From assembly GCA_010356995.1 (NCBI GenBank), contig ML996689.1, positions 638,691 to 702,690 of the forward strand: DNA of 64,000 nt, read 5' to 3'. The translations under genes and the position numbers were made by a program. Source of the stretch: Trichodelitschia bisporula. Lineage: Eukaryota. Positions 46,286-57,684 of this stretch are shown here, in pieces (positions within the stretch are counted from its first letter, which is position 1; every line of letters starts with the position of its first letter). The notes beneath the pieces were generated by a model, which was not told the origin of the DNA, ran no database searches, and worked only from the letters and a program-made list of their open reading frames with translations.

Positions 46286-49200
46286 ATGGCTCATCGAATT
46301 TCTGCCAAAGCAGAGAATAATGAGAAGGCGAAAGCTTTAATTGGTGTGTAAGTTTGCTTTCCTCTAGCTGTCTTGACTGACCACAGCCTTGAAGACTTCG
46401 CCACCTCTCTCGTCTCGGCCCTGGAAGCATCGCTATTCCCACAAGCGCTCGCACCCAAGATCCGTAAAACTATTCTTACGATCCCCACCGGCAGACCTCT
46501 TCCACGTGTCCATGATCTTGACACAAAAGGGACTGCGCTATGGAATCTCTCCACCCGGCAGCAACGCTCCGTCACCTCCGACTCCTCTGCAGTCGAGAAG
46601 GAATGCATCTGCTTGATCAGAGTATTTGCGTTTTGCCTACTGGATTGTGCCGCACAAGGCCGAACCGGCGGTGGAAACCCTCCAGCCTTCGTCAGACTCC
46701 TAAGGGTGGGATCTAAGGCTGCGAAGGCGTGCATCGAACAAGGAGATCTGGAAATGGCTGTTCGGGTGCTAGAACGGACGGCAAGCTGGAATGAGAAGCT
46801 GGAGGCACGATCTTCTGATCTCAGCCCGGAGGATGCAGCCGTGGTGACCGGCCTAAGGGGGAGGTATTGGATGCTGAGGACCGTGCTAGTAAGATCTTGC
46901 CAGTGTGCAACAGAATACCACTTAATCATGGATAGGCCTGGAAGCAGTCCAAGTTAGACGTCGCGGAGCATATGTTTCAGAAGGTGCTACCGCTCGTTTC
47001 CGCCGCTGATCCACTTCTGGCCGAGGAGATTGCGGATATCGCCTATGAAGTAGGAAAGGACCTCATCTCGAAAAAGAATTTCCCTGCCGCAGTGTCATGG
47101 CTGGAGAAATCGTACGATCTATTGGCGGAGCAAGAACCTGGGCGCTTGAGTGACAATGCGATGGAACTGGGCATGAGTGTTATGCAACAACTGGGTACAT
47201 CTGCTGCTAGTTCCATTCCGGAGCTACTGACTTGCTCCTAGTCAAGGCCTTGATCTCGATGAAGACTCCGGAGGCCCTAGCAAAGGCCGGAGATACCGCG
47301 AATCGACTGGATGCAGTATGGGAGCCCACACATGCTTTCGATACATGTTGCTCACTCAGTAACTACCTGTATAGGTCTATCCGGAAAAGCTCGTTGCAGC
47401 ATTGGTGAAGTTAGAAGTTCTCTCCGCTGATGCCTCCCCTGACCCGGCAGTCTACTCTGATGGCATGTTCGTCCCTTCTTCGTTGCACGAACACTTCAAC
47501 TCTAATTCTATTTTCCAGTGCTTCAGAGGATCTTTCGGATAATATCGCTCACCGAAACGAACTTCAAGATGTGCAGTATCTTTTGAAATACGTTGCTCAG
47601 TCATGGCTAACCATGAAAGGCTAATGCATCGTCTCCATCAGTTGAGAAAACTCAGGTGCTTTCCTTTCAGAAAATGTGCGACCATCAGCTGAATCTCGCA
47701 GCCCAGAACACGCCTGCAAAGCATTGAACTCCCTCCTCTCGCTCCGCTTGTATGACAATGGCGAAGACGGGCTGATTGAACGTGCTGCAATGATGCGTAT
47801 CTGGATCGGCACGAGCATTACCACAAGTGCAGATGATGTTCAGGCTTTGTCCGAGGCTTTAGACGACATACACTCCAACACCAGTCGTCCGTTCTCAATT
47901 GCAGCGGCACATGCGGCACAGACGGTAGCTAGACATCTGTCATCTCCTCTATGCCGGTGATTGACGAAACCAGTTGATTTGGAAGCAAATTGAATCTTCC
48001 TTTTCACAGAAGCAGTTTGACTTGGCTAAACAGTTGTGTGAACTGGCCCTCCACCCCCTCTTTGTCAAGTCGGGTGGGATGAATCAGGCAAAAGTTTCAC
48101 GGTACGCAACCGCTCTACTCTTCATGATTTCTAGAACTCATTGCACCCAGCAAAATCATTCTATGCGACTTAGAGAAGCACGACTTTACTTCAGCTCGAG
48201 AGATATTCTTTGGACTGTCCGAAACCCAGCGGAATGCGCCAGAATCGCGGTATCTGATGTACAAGGTAGCAATGCGGACGAACGACCCAGAGCTAGGTAA
48301 GCCGCCGGATTGATACCCGAAAAAGCATAGTAATTGTGGATAGCCGCGGACTGCCTAAATGTCATTTGCAGAGCCCCAGACACAGTCAAGAAACCAACAC
48401 TCCTCTACGCTTGCGTCCTAGATGCACAACAGGTTGGAAACAAATGGGAGACGGCCCGGGTCCTGGAGAAGGTCCTAGACCGGTACGACGCTGCCGTACC
48501 AGCAGGAGTGAGCCTGCCCGCACTACTAAGGTATGAGCGCTCCTATCTCAAGATGCGGTTTGAGCTCATGCATTAAGGTGTATGGTGAGGTTGTGGCAGT
48601 CCGAGATGTCGCCTAAGAGCGCACTCGATGGCGATGCCATTGAGAGTCTTTCTCGAGTCTTTGAAAGGGGTTTGTACCATGAATCGCATTGGAACGCAAC
48701 TCTAATTGATCCAGCATCGAAGAGGATAAAGATGGACCGCCTCCAGAAGCCTCAAGATGGTACCGGAGATTTCGACGCCCAAGAGCTCAAGTGGTTTTGT
48801 GTCAGCAACTATAATATCATTCTCGATTGGTGCGCTACCATAGACCCGGTCCATCTGGCCCGCCTCTGTGAGTCTTGTCTCGAGGTGAGTGAAGGTTAAA
48901 ATACGTGGCTTGTGTTCGCTTGCTGACCAGAATCGAAGCTTATGGTGACAGCTCTTGAGGGAGAAACTTCACCCGAAGATCTTGACGCCTTGCGCGTGCG
49001 TCAGATATACTGCGAATTTCTTGCCACGTGTGCCTATACCGTCCGGGCTAGGGCCGAGGATGTTGTCGAAACATCTGTAAGCTCGTTCTTCCAAACAGAG
49101 GCTTGTGCTTATTTGATGTGCAGTTCGAATACTACAACCAAGTTCACCAGCACTCACAGAGAGCGCGAAAATCGATACTCGAGTACCTAAGCCCTGCAGC

Positions 49201-50010
49201 CGTATCTGGGACTAAGGCTAGCTCACTCAAGTCAAAGCATTTCGAGTTGGTCAAGTATGAGCTTGAGGCTTTGTTGCGTCTCTCGAAATGGGATGAGATG
49301 GACGATTTGTTCAACGTACGTCCAGGACTGGCAGGAAGATTCCAGGAATGATTAATGGTTGCAGGCATGCTGGACGTATGCCGATTCATCGCAATGGGAG
49401 ACAATGGCGGACTTGGCCCTGGTCGTAAACGAAGAGATGGTCAAGGTTAAAGCTGGGCCTTCATACCAATCCAGTGAGTACATGCGTTTAGCATCTCAGG
49501 CTGTACTGATGGTCTCATTTAGAGGTCTTGACATTCATCCAGGTATGTTCCTAACGTCCTAGGAGCCCCGGATTAGTACTGACAGCCGTGAAGAAAATCA
49601 TCAACAAGACGTGGAAGACCACTTCCGACCTGGTTGCTCTGTCTCGTTGGATGCGCTGCCTCTTCCAGATGGCTCTCTCCTTCGATGAGAAGATTTCCCT
49701 ATGCTGCATTGACCAGGCCATCAGGATTGCGGAAAAGCACAAGGATGTATATGATCCATGAGTTCATTGCCCTGTCTTAACTGACATACGGTACCAGGCT
49801 TCGTCCCCGTATCCGACTGATGAGCTCGAATGGCTTGCCACGACTTCGTTTAACCGTGCCATCGACTGCTATTGCGCAGGCGACGATGCGAGTTGTAGGC
49901 AGTGGGCAGAAAAGGCGCTCACGCTTGCGGGATCGGCTCCGGCCGAGATAAGTTTGCAGAAGGAACTGCGCGAGAGGTATTTGAAGCTGAGGTGGGATGA
50001 TCGAGGGTAG
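46286..50010 (+). CDS. SPO22: Meiosis-specific TPR protein SPO22/ZIP4-like, about 19 exons
   Basis: LDTKGTALWNLS, IRVFAFCLLD, KAAKACI, AWKQSKLDVAEHMF, YEVGKDL, LSRWMRCLFQMAL and YPTDELEWLATTSFNRAID. About 18 short introns join the fragments in frame. Confidence 0.8.
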
Positions 50011-50468
50011 CATATGAATGTGAAGAGATACGAAGTTATTACCGTACTACCGTATACTGTATATGGCATGTTGTCAGACTGCCTGCTTACTTACTTGATA
50101 AAGCCTGGCAGCCTGCAGAGAGGAGTGAGGTTGTCAGCCACATGACGTTCAAGGGTTCGAGGCTGGAGAGGTCCGTGCTAGAGCGTATGGGCGCAGCATC
50201 CGCTACTCCACCACGGGCCGCTACTGCTCCACCACCAAACATTAACGCGCCGTGTTTTGTGCGCGGCCCGACGGCTTTATCAAAGTTCTCTTTCGCATCG
50301 AAATTAGCAGAGCATTCATCTCTTTATCCATACTTTATCATCCACAACTTCTGCCCTCTCGATCCCGCTGGAGAGCTTTGCCGCCGATTCGCGCAACCTT
50401 CCCCGCTTCACGCCACTATCCGCTCGCACCGAGGCCCCCACTTCCTTCATCTTTTTCCGGCCTCCACC

Positions 50469-51461
50469 ATGGCAATGGAAAAGGCTACCCAAGGCGCCGC
50501 GCGCGAGATAAACCGCAAGCTGTTGCAGACCATCCGGTCAGACTGGGAGTTCCCCAACGTCGAGAACAGCACCACACCGGCGGGCGGGGAGGCAATTGCT
50601 TACCGCGAGCGGTACTACGGCACCACGGACGAATCCGGCGAGGAAGACGCCCAAGGTGGAACGACGACACAGCAGCAGCGGCCGCCGAGTGATGCGTACA
50701 AGTTCGATTCGCCGGACAGCGTTGCGGGGGCCATTCAGGATACACTGCAGCAGCGCAAGACTCGGAAGAGGAAGCGGCTGGAGGCAGAGCTGGAGGTCAA
50801 TGAAGGCCTCCGTTTCTTCCAGATGCGGCGTAATGCTTGGACTCGGGCCGTCCCTAGGGCCTCCGTCCAGCCTACTGGTTCTGCTACGGGCGCATCGACA
50901 GGCTCCAGTCCTACATCTTTCACTTCTACCAACGTTTCCTCCACGGGTACCTCGAATATCGACCCTGCTACTGCTTCGAACCTCCCCCACTCTCAGAGCA
51001 GTCCCTTCTCTTATCCTACTCAGCCCGAACTCCTCACCGACGTCCTCGTTCCCGTCGCTCCACCCTTGATATCGCCCGCAAGTCCTGTCCGCGTAACTCT
51101 GTCAAGTCGCTCGCACTCAGAACTCTACGCGCGAGTGGTCCGCGATAGCCGTACCCCCGCCGTTCCCATAAACCTGGCGGACATGACGCGGGCTATGGTC
51201 CAGGGCTGGAAGGACGAGGGCAACTGGCCTCCTAAGAACAGCGCTCCAGAGCCGTCGATAGCCTCGCGGGCAAGCAGGCTGACGCAGGCCCTGGGGACGC
51301 AAGACGAGGCTGGTGCTGGGCATGGGCTGTTTGCTAATCATCGGCATCTGCGGCAGGGTGTTGAAGGTGTGAAGAGGGTGTTCCGGTTAAGTGGGGGGGC
51401 TTCGTCGAGTTCGGCGACGGCGGCGCGGCATCAGGAGCCTTCGCAGTCGCAAGGCTTGTAA
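50469..51461 (+). CDS. DUF4050-family protein
   Basis: IRSDWEFP, YRERYY, YKFDSPD, NEGLRFFQMRRNAWT and PAVPINLADMTRAMVQGWKDEGNWP. Likely start is the ATG at 50469 (ACCATGG context). Confidence 0.75.
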   Translation: MAMEKATQGAAREINRKLLQTIRSDWEFPNVENSTTPAGGEAIAYRERYYGTTDESGEEDAQGGTTTQQQRPPSDAYKFDSPDSVAGAIQDTLQQRKTRKRKRLEAELEVNEGLRFFQMRRNAWTRAVPRASVQPTGSATGASTGSSPTSFTSTNVSSTGTSNIDPATASNLPHSQSSPFSYPTQPELLTDVLVPVAPPLISPASPVRVTLSSRSHSELYARVVRDSRTPAVPINLADMTRAMVQGWKDEGNWPPKNSAPEPSIASRASRLTQALGTQDEAGAGHGLFANHRHLRQGVEGVKRVFRLSGGASSSSATAARHQEPSQSQGL

Positions 51462-52389
51462 ATTTGGGGCGGTATCAGGTGCCTTTGGTTCCGGTTGCCG
51501 GAGAGGCGTAATGAGGTCACGAAATGTGAGACCATCTCGGCGTTCATTAATGCTTTATTCTGTTTCCATGTGGACTCTTACTGACACCTTTGGAGGCATG
51601 AAATTGTAGAGCACTTGTCCATACCCTTAATCTAGTGAATTGTATGAGTACATGGACCTCACTGAGATATCTACGACCGCATACTGTGTGGATGTTCGAG
51701 ATTGTTGGGTGGCAAAGTGCTGCCTGAGAGATTCTTTGGACTAGGTCCGCCCCAAATTATAGACGCGGGAGAATACGAAATAGAAATCTAGCTGCTCAAC
51801 TAGACCATCCTGTCGTTAGGGATCGGATACGGTTTGCCACACTGATATGCATGTGGCAACCTGCCCCCTTGATGCAGACCTGGAAGGAGCATGTCACTCT
51901 TAGGAAGAAACATGATGTAATGTGCGCATAACAGAAGTAAGGAGCAATAGGAGGATACCTGGCGTCATCGTGTATTTATTCTTGGGAGTCTCTTCCTCAC
52001 TTCCTCTCTTCGTCGTTACTTCAACCTTCAGTTTTATTGTTGCCTTCGCACTTAATGAGCCCTGTGCTCCCATCAGCACTCCGCTTTACTCAAAGCCATA
52101 CACGAACGACCATAGTTCAACAAGCCAGCCAGGTGCTTTATACGTCATGGCAATTACATGCTCCATTTTCCAACGTCAAGGCATCCACACTTTTCCCACA
52201 CATGAAAAACGCACTGTACAGAATCAACACCCGCAACACCAATGCATCTTCATCGCCACTCACATCACACCAGAACCAAAAGCCAAAACACCTCGCAGCG
52301 CCCTCTCCGATGCCCAACTCCAACGACCGCAAACATCATGAGTTTAGCCGTAAGCCCTCCCTCCTCAATGCAACGCCAACCCCGGCGGA

Positions 52390-54705
52390 TCAACACATAA
52401 CCCCCTCAAACCCCCTCTGCACCTCTACCGGCGTCACACACGCACTCCCACCACCATCATCAAACGAGCTCTCCCTCTGCTTCCCCTTCCCATTTCCATC
52501 CACAACTTTCACCTGTGCCTTCCCTTGCATCTTCTCCTCCCCCCCAACACTCCCTCCCTCAAACCCCCTCCCAACCGGATAATAATCCTCACTGAACCCA
52601 TACGTCCTTCGCACAAACCTCAACCTCCCAGCCACCCACCTCTTCTGCCCCCCTCCAAGAGTCGGCACCTTCTCCAGCACCGTAAGCGGCCAAATCGCAA
52701 AATACGCCCCCGTCCCCCGAGCCGCGGCCTCATCCTGCCCCACAGCCACCGGGAGCACACTCGTCGGCCCGCCCTCCCGGTCCTGGCCCAGCAAAAACGG
52801 CAGCGTAGCGCAGATCTCATCCGCCATACCCTGCGTCGTGTACGCCGCGCGCGCCGCAACATCATCCAACGGAGACATACCCCCTGGGCTCTTCGCCGCC
52901 AGCGCCGCGATGCAGGACTGCACGAGCGCTTGGCAGAGGATGCGGTATACGCGATACTCGTTCCACAGATTTGCGACGAAGACCGTGGGATACGCGAGCA
53001 CGGGCCCGGGCCAGGCGAGCGCGTCGTCGAGCTCGGCGGCGGAGGCGGAGGGTGAGAGGGTGGTGGGGGGGACGAGGCGCGTTATGCGAGCGGCGAGATG
53101 CGTGTCCAGCGTGTTGGCCCAGGTGGCGAGGGCGGTGTCCAGGGCGGAGATTTGGGATATCAGGGCGGTTATGCGTTCTAGGCTCGGGGGGGTAGGCGTG
53201 GTGAGGAGGGTTTGGACTTGCGCTTTGAGCGCGGGGAGCGGAAGGCAGACTATTGTGAGCCGGTTAGCGGCGTTGATGTCGTAGTCTGCGTCGCAGTGCC
53301 AGCCTTGCGGGGAGGGGAAGTCAGCGAGAGGTTTGCCCTGCTGGATGCTGGCTGTGAGCTGCGCGGGAAACATTAGCTTTCCCCCAGGAAAAATTGACAT
53401 AAAGCAGAACCCACCATCGACGCCCTAACCGCCCGAAATAAATGCCGACTCTCCCTCTCCCTCAGCACCTCCACCCCCCTCAACTTCACCAGCGCAACCG
53501 CCCCATCAATATGCCTCATCCACGCCGCGCGACTCTTCTCCGTACTCGTCACCTCCTCATAAAGACTAAACAGCATTATCGCCATTAAAACCTCATTCCC
53601 CGCCTCCTCCCCCTCACCCGCATTGATAGCGCGACTTAGCGCCCGCAGCGCCGCGCCATACACCTCGCGCGCCTCCCCGCGCATCGCGCTGTTCTTGCGC
53701 CCGTTTGCGACCATTGCCAAAGCGAGCGCGTGCGTCGCCCCGTGGAGTACCCCTCCGGGACGCGCAGATACGTACATCGGGGCTAGGATGGCGAGGCATC
53801 CGCGCGCGGACTCTGCCTCCGCGGCTTGCATATCGAGTCTCGCTCTCCCGGCAACTAACGCCCTAAAAAGCCAGCCTACCGCGTAATCCAGGCGCGCGCC
53901 CGCAGAGTCCAGCGCAATCGGCCCCGGGATCTCGCTCTCGCTCTCTGAGGAGGAGCGCGAGTGCGGGGCGTGGGCGAGGGAGGTGGGGAAGGAGGCGGAC
54001 GGGGGAGGCGTGGCGGAGGAAGTTTTGCACCTATCTGCGTTTTCGTATTTTAGGTTTCGCTTGCGGAGGGCGATGCTGAAGGCGCGTTGGGCGCGGTGTT
54101 TGACGGCGGCGGTTTCGTTGCGGAAGAGGACGTCGAGAGAGTTGGGGTAGCCGGCGCAGGAGCGGCTTGTGCGGAGGCATTGCCCGCAACTGGGGCGGGC
54201 TTCATCGCACTGGAGGAGGATTAGCTATTTGATGGATGAAGGCGAGGCTATTGGATGCTTGGTGGAAGTGGTGGAAGTGGGGCACGTGATCACGATGTCT
54301 TCTTGCCCCTGCTCGGCTGTTGTCGGGTAACTAATCGAGCGGGGGGTTGGAGACAACGACGATGAGGTGAGGGACATTCAGACTCAAACGTCGTGCTGTA
54401 TACAACACGCGGAAGAGCATGCGGCTCTCATGCATGAAATGTGGGTAACATGGAGTGTCTGAGAGGTAAAGAGGCTGCGTACCTTGATGCGGCGTTTCCT
54501 GCATGTGTCGCACGCAGTGCTGGGTTTGCCCTATACACGGGTTAGGCGACTGTGCATATATCTTGGAGAATGCGGTTTGTTTCTTCCTCTGCTCTGATGT
54601 TCGTTCCGTGGGAAGTCCAGAAGACAGCAAAAGCAGTTGATGTGCGCCAGGGGGAACGAGAACGAGTTGGGGGACGGATCGGGGAATACGTACGAAATAG
54701 ACCAT
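52390..54705 (-). CDS. Zn2Cys6 fungal transcription factor, 4 exons
   Basis: MVYF|GKPSTACDTCRKRRIK|CDEARPSCGQCLRTSRSCAGY...FRNET; middle region YGAALRALSRAI, LFSLYE, WMRHIDGA; then ADEICATLPFLLG. Confidence 0.9.
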
Positions 54706-55533
54706 GTTGGGGAGTTACGGAAGGCTCACTCGCCCTCCTCTAGATGTTGAATGAGAAGAGTAGGACAGTAGGATAGGCAAATTGCTAATCCAACTGTAGA
54801 GGCACAGTAACGGAGAGTTCGATTCTCACAATACAGACGCCGGCAACAAGAAACGGCAACAAGCAGCAAGAAACAACGACGAAACCTCTTCAGGCACTCG
54901 AGATAGAACAAAATTGGCGCAGGAACTACACCTCGGACACACAAAAGCAGACTCGAACTGGAAAAAGGCTCGCAACGCAAGCGTTTAAGTGGTAAGCTCC
55001 GCCGACGCCCCCCCGCCCTCCCACACCTCAATCTGACACGCGCGGCCCGTGAAGCAAAGCAATTTACCACCAGTCCACCAAGTCCCAGCCAACCCAACAT
55101 CAACCCTCAAAAAAAAAGCCCTTACACGCTCACCTTTAGAAACTAGCCTCCAGACGACGTCTCCGGACTCACCTTTATTAAACACGCTAAGTGACAGAGT
55201 AGAAAAAAACTAACTTAATATCTATGCCACACCATGCCCTCTTCTATTATCGCTGCCCTCCTCCTCTCGCCCCCGCTGCCCTCTCTTTTCGCCTACTAGA
55301 ACTAGACGGGGAAGAAGAGGGACTATCTCATCCCTCCCCCTCCTCTGTCGTTCCTTCCCCCCAGGTCTTCCCCGCATTTCATTCCCACCATTCATCGCAC
55401 GCCTCGGATGCACCATTCCCCCACAAAGCAGCCACAGCCTAGCCTGACGCCCCGCCACACGCGCTAGACAAAAAGCAGAGCTCCCAGCCTCGCGGCCCAA
55501 CCAGTCAAAAAGCACCACCATCAGGCCAGCACG

Positions 55534-57024
55534 ATGCGTCTCTCCGCACTCCTCCTCCTCCCCCTCAGCCTCGCCCTCGCCTCCGCATCCCAAGAACCAC
55601 TCGTCAACTCCCAACCCACAGACGAGCCCACAGTTGAGCCAGCCGCCGAACCCACACCCAAAAACGCCTACCTAGCCTCAACCGAACTCTTCCCCCCTGG
55701 CCCCGAAGTCGCCCACCTAACAACGGGGAGCACCCTCGACATCGAGCCTCCTCTCTCACCGCGACACGAAAAGGCCAAAGCCCAGCTTCTAGACAGCCTA
55801 ATCCGCACCCCCCAAAACTGGGCGCGCTCCCACCCGCGCTACCGCCTCCTCGAAGTCCTCCACGGCCTGCGCCGCCACGAATACCGCTACGTAGAGCAAC
55901 TGCGCGAATGGGGCGAAGCCTACCAGACCCTCCCCGAGGCCCAACGCGAAGTCCGCCCCCCCCATCCCTCCCTCCTCCCCACTAACACCACGCAGCTAAT
56001 CCGCGCCTCAACAACCTACCACACAAACTTCGACCTCATCCGCAACCTCTGGCCCAAAAACGGGGCGCTCGCGACTAACATCCTCGAGCATGCGCTGGAG
56101 TACTACGAGATGGACCCCGCGGAGCTAGCCTCGTACATCGAAACCGCCGAAGCGCAGCGGAGCTGGGACTACCAGCCCAGCATCACCGATGCGCTGAATC
56201 ACCTAGTCCGGGACTGGACGGCCGACGGCGCGCACGAGCGCGAGCCCACCTACGCGCCCATCCTAGCCACCATAAAAGACCTCCTGGCCAAACACCCAGC
56301 CGATGCAGGAACCTTCAAAGTCCTCGTTCCCGGCGCGGGATTAGGGAGGTTGGCACACGAAATCGCAGCCCTGGACCCGCGGATCGAAGTCACAGCCAAC
56401 GAATACAGCGCGTACATGAACACCTGCTACCGCTACGTAACCACCCTCCGGACACCCTCCTCCACATCCTGGCACCCATACATAAACTGGTGGTCGCACC
56501 AGCCGTCCCTGGCCGAGACCACCCGCGCGGTGCACATGCCCGATGTTTCCATCAATTCCTCCTCCGTCCTGTGGATAGAGGGGGACTTTTTACGCGAATT
56601 CGCTTCCGAGGAAGGGGCGTACCACGCAATAGTATCCCTCTTCTTCATAGACACAGCAAAGTCCTCCCTCGACTACCTCGACGCCTTCTCGCGCCTCCTC
56701 GTCCCAGGCGGGTCATGGCTCAACCTCGGCCCGCTCCTCTACGGCAGTTCCCCCAAACTCCAACTCAACCTCAACGACCTCCTCGCCGTCTCCGAAGCCA
56801 TGGGCTTCGCCTTCCAGCCCACACCCGAAGAATTCGGTCCACTAACCCTCCCCCACCGCACGGCCCGGGCGAGAGAACTGGGGTATTTGTATAATGCCCG
56901 CTCGATGAGGCGGAATACGTACCAGGCGCAGTTCTGGGTGGCAAGGAAGGAGAGCAGGACATATACGCCTTTCCCGCCGCCGGAGGCGGAGCCGTATAAT
57001 TTTGCGCCCGGGAGTCATTTTTAG
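55534..57024 (+). CDS. N2227/carnosine N-methyltransferase-like protein with N-terminal signal peptide
   Basis: LVRDWT..G..ER, VLVPGAGLGRLAHEIA, NEYS.YM, EGDF, LFFIDTA and WLNLGPLLY. N-terminus is MRLSALLLLPLSLALASA. Probable in-frame intron at 55951-55995. Confidence 0.88.
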   Translation: MRLSALLLLPLSLALASASQEPLVNSQPTDEPTVEPAAEPTPKNAYLASTELFPPGPEVAHLTTGSTLDIEPPLSPRHEKAKAQLLDSLIRTPQNWARSHPRYRLLEVLHGLRRHEYRYVEQLREWGEAYQTLPEAQREVRPPHPSLLPTNTTQLIRASTTYHTNFDLIRNLWPKNGALATNILEHALEYYEMDPAELASYIETAEAQRSWDYQPSITDALNHLVRDWTADGAHEREPTYAPILATIKDLLAKHPADAGTFKVLVPGAGLGRLAHEIAALDPRIEVTANEYSAYMNTCYRYVTTLRTPSSTSWHPYINWWSHQPSLAETTRAVHMPDVSINSSSVLWIEGDFLREFASEEGAYHAIVSLFFIDTAKSSLDYLDAFSRLLVPGGSWLNLGPLLYGSSPKLQLNLNDLLAVSEAMGFAFQPTPEEFGPLTLPHRTARARELGYLYNARSMRRNTYQAQFWVARKESRTYTPFPPPEAEPYNFAPGSHF

Positions 57025-57684
57025 GGGGTGGTAGAGCGGATGAGGAGGGGGTTCTGGATATGGATTGGGAATTTCCCGGAGAATCTGGAAACCTAACGGG
57101 ATGGGGCCGTGCGGCTGGGGGAGGGATATCCGACCGTTGGACGATCGTGGCGGCGCTGATAACGAACGCAGGTATCTTGGGCAGAGAGCTAGCGTGTAGT
57201 GTAGTGCCCAAGCGCGTCAGATATGCAGATAAGCAGCATTCTAGAAGCATAAAACCTGAGATCCACATGCAAAGAGTAACATCCGAGCATCGACCACGCC
57301 ATGGGTCGACGTACCATCTATCGATCCTTCAGCCCCGTGCTCCCGCAGCCTTGACCTCCGAACTGACATCCCATCTGCACACTCTAGACGGAACGGACTA
57401 GATACGCCAAAAATCCCACCATTCAGATCAATCACCTAGATAGGAGCCTTCAGCACATACCACACCACATGCAAAAATAGCACCGGCATCAAGTCCCAGC
57501 ATCTAGTGGGGGGTCAAACGTAGCTCAATCCTTTTGATTTGTCCGGCCTACCTAAAGACACCCACAACTAAGACTGATACACACCGATTTACCTGCCGTG
57601 ATTCCATTTTCAAAGGGTTGTATGCACAAACCCACGAGCCGCCCGACGAGGAGAAGCGTCTCAAATGTTCATACCGCGAGGCGT

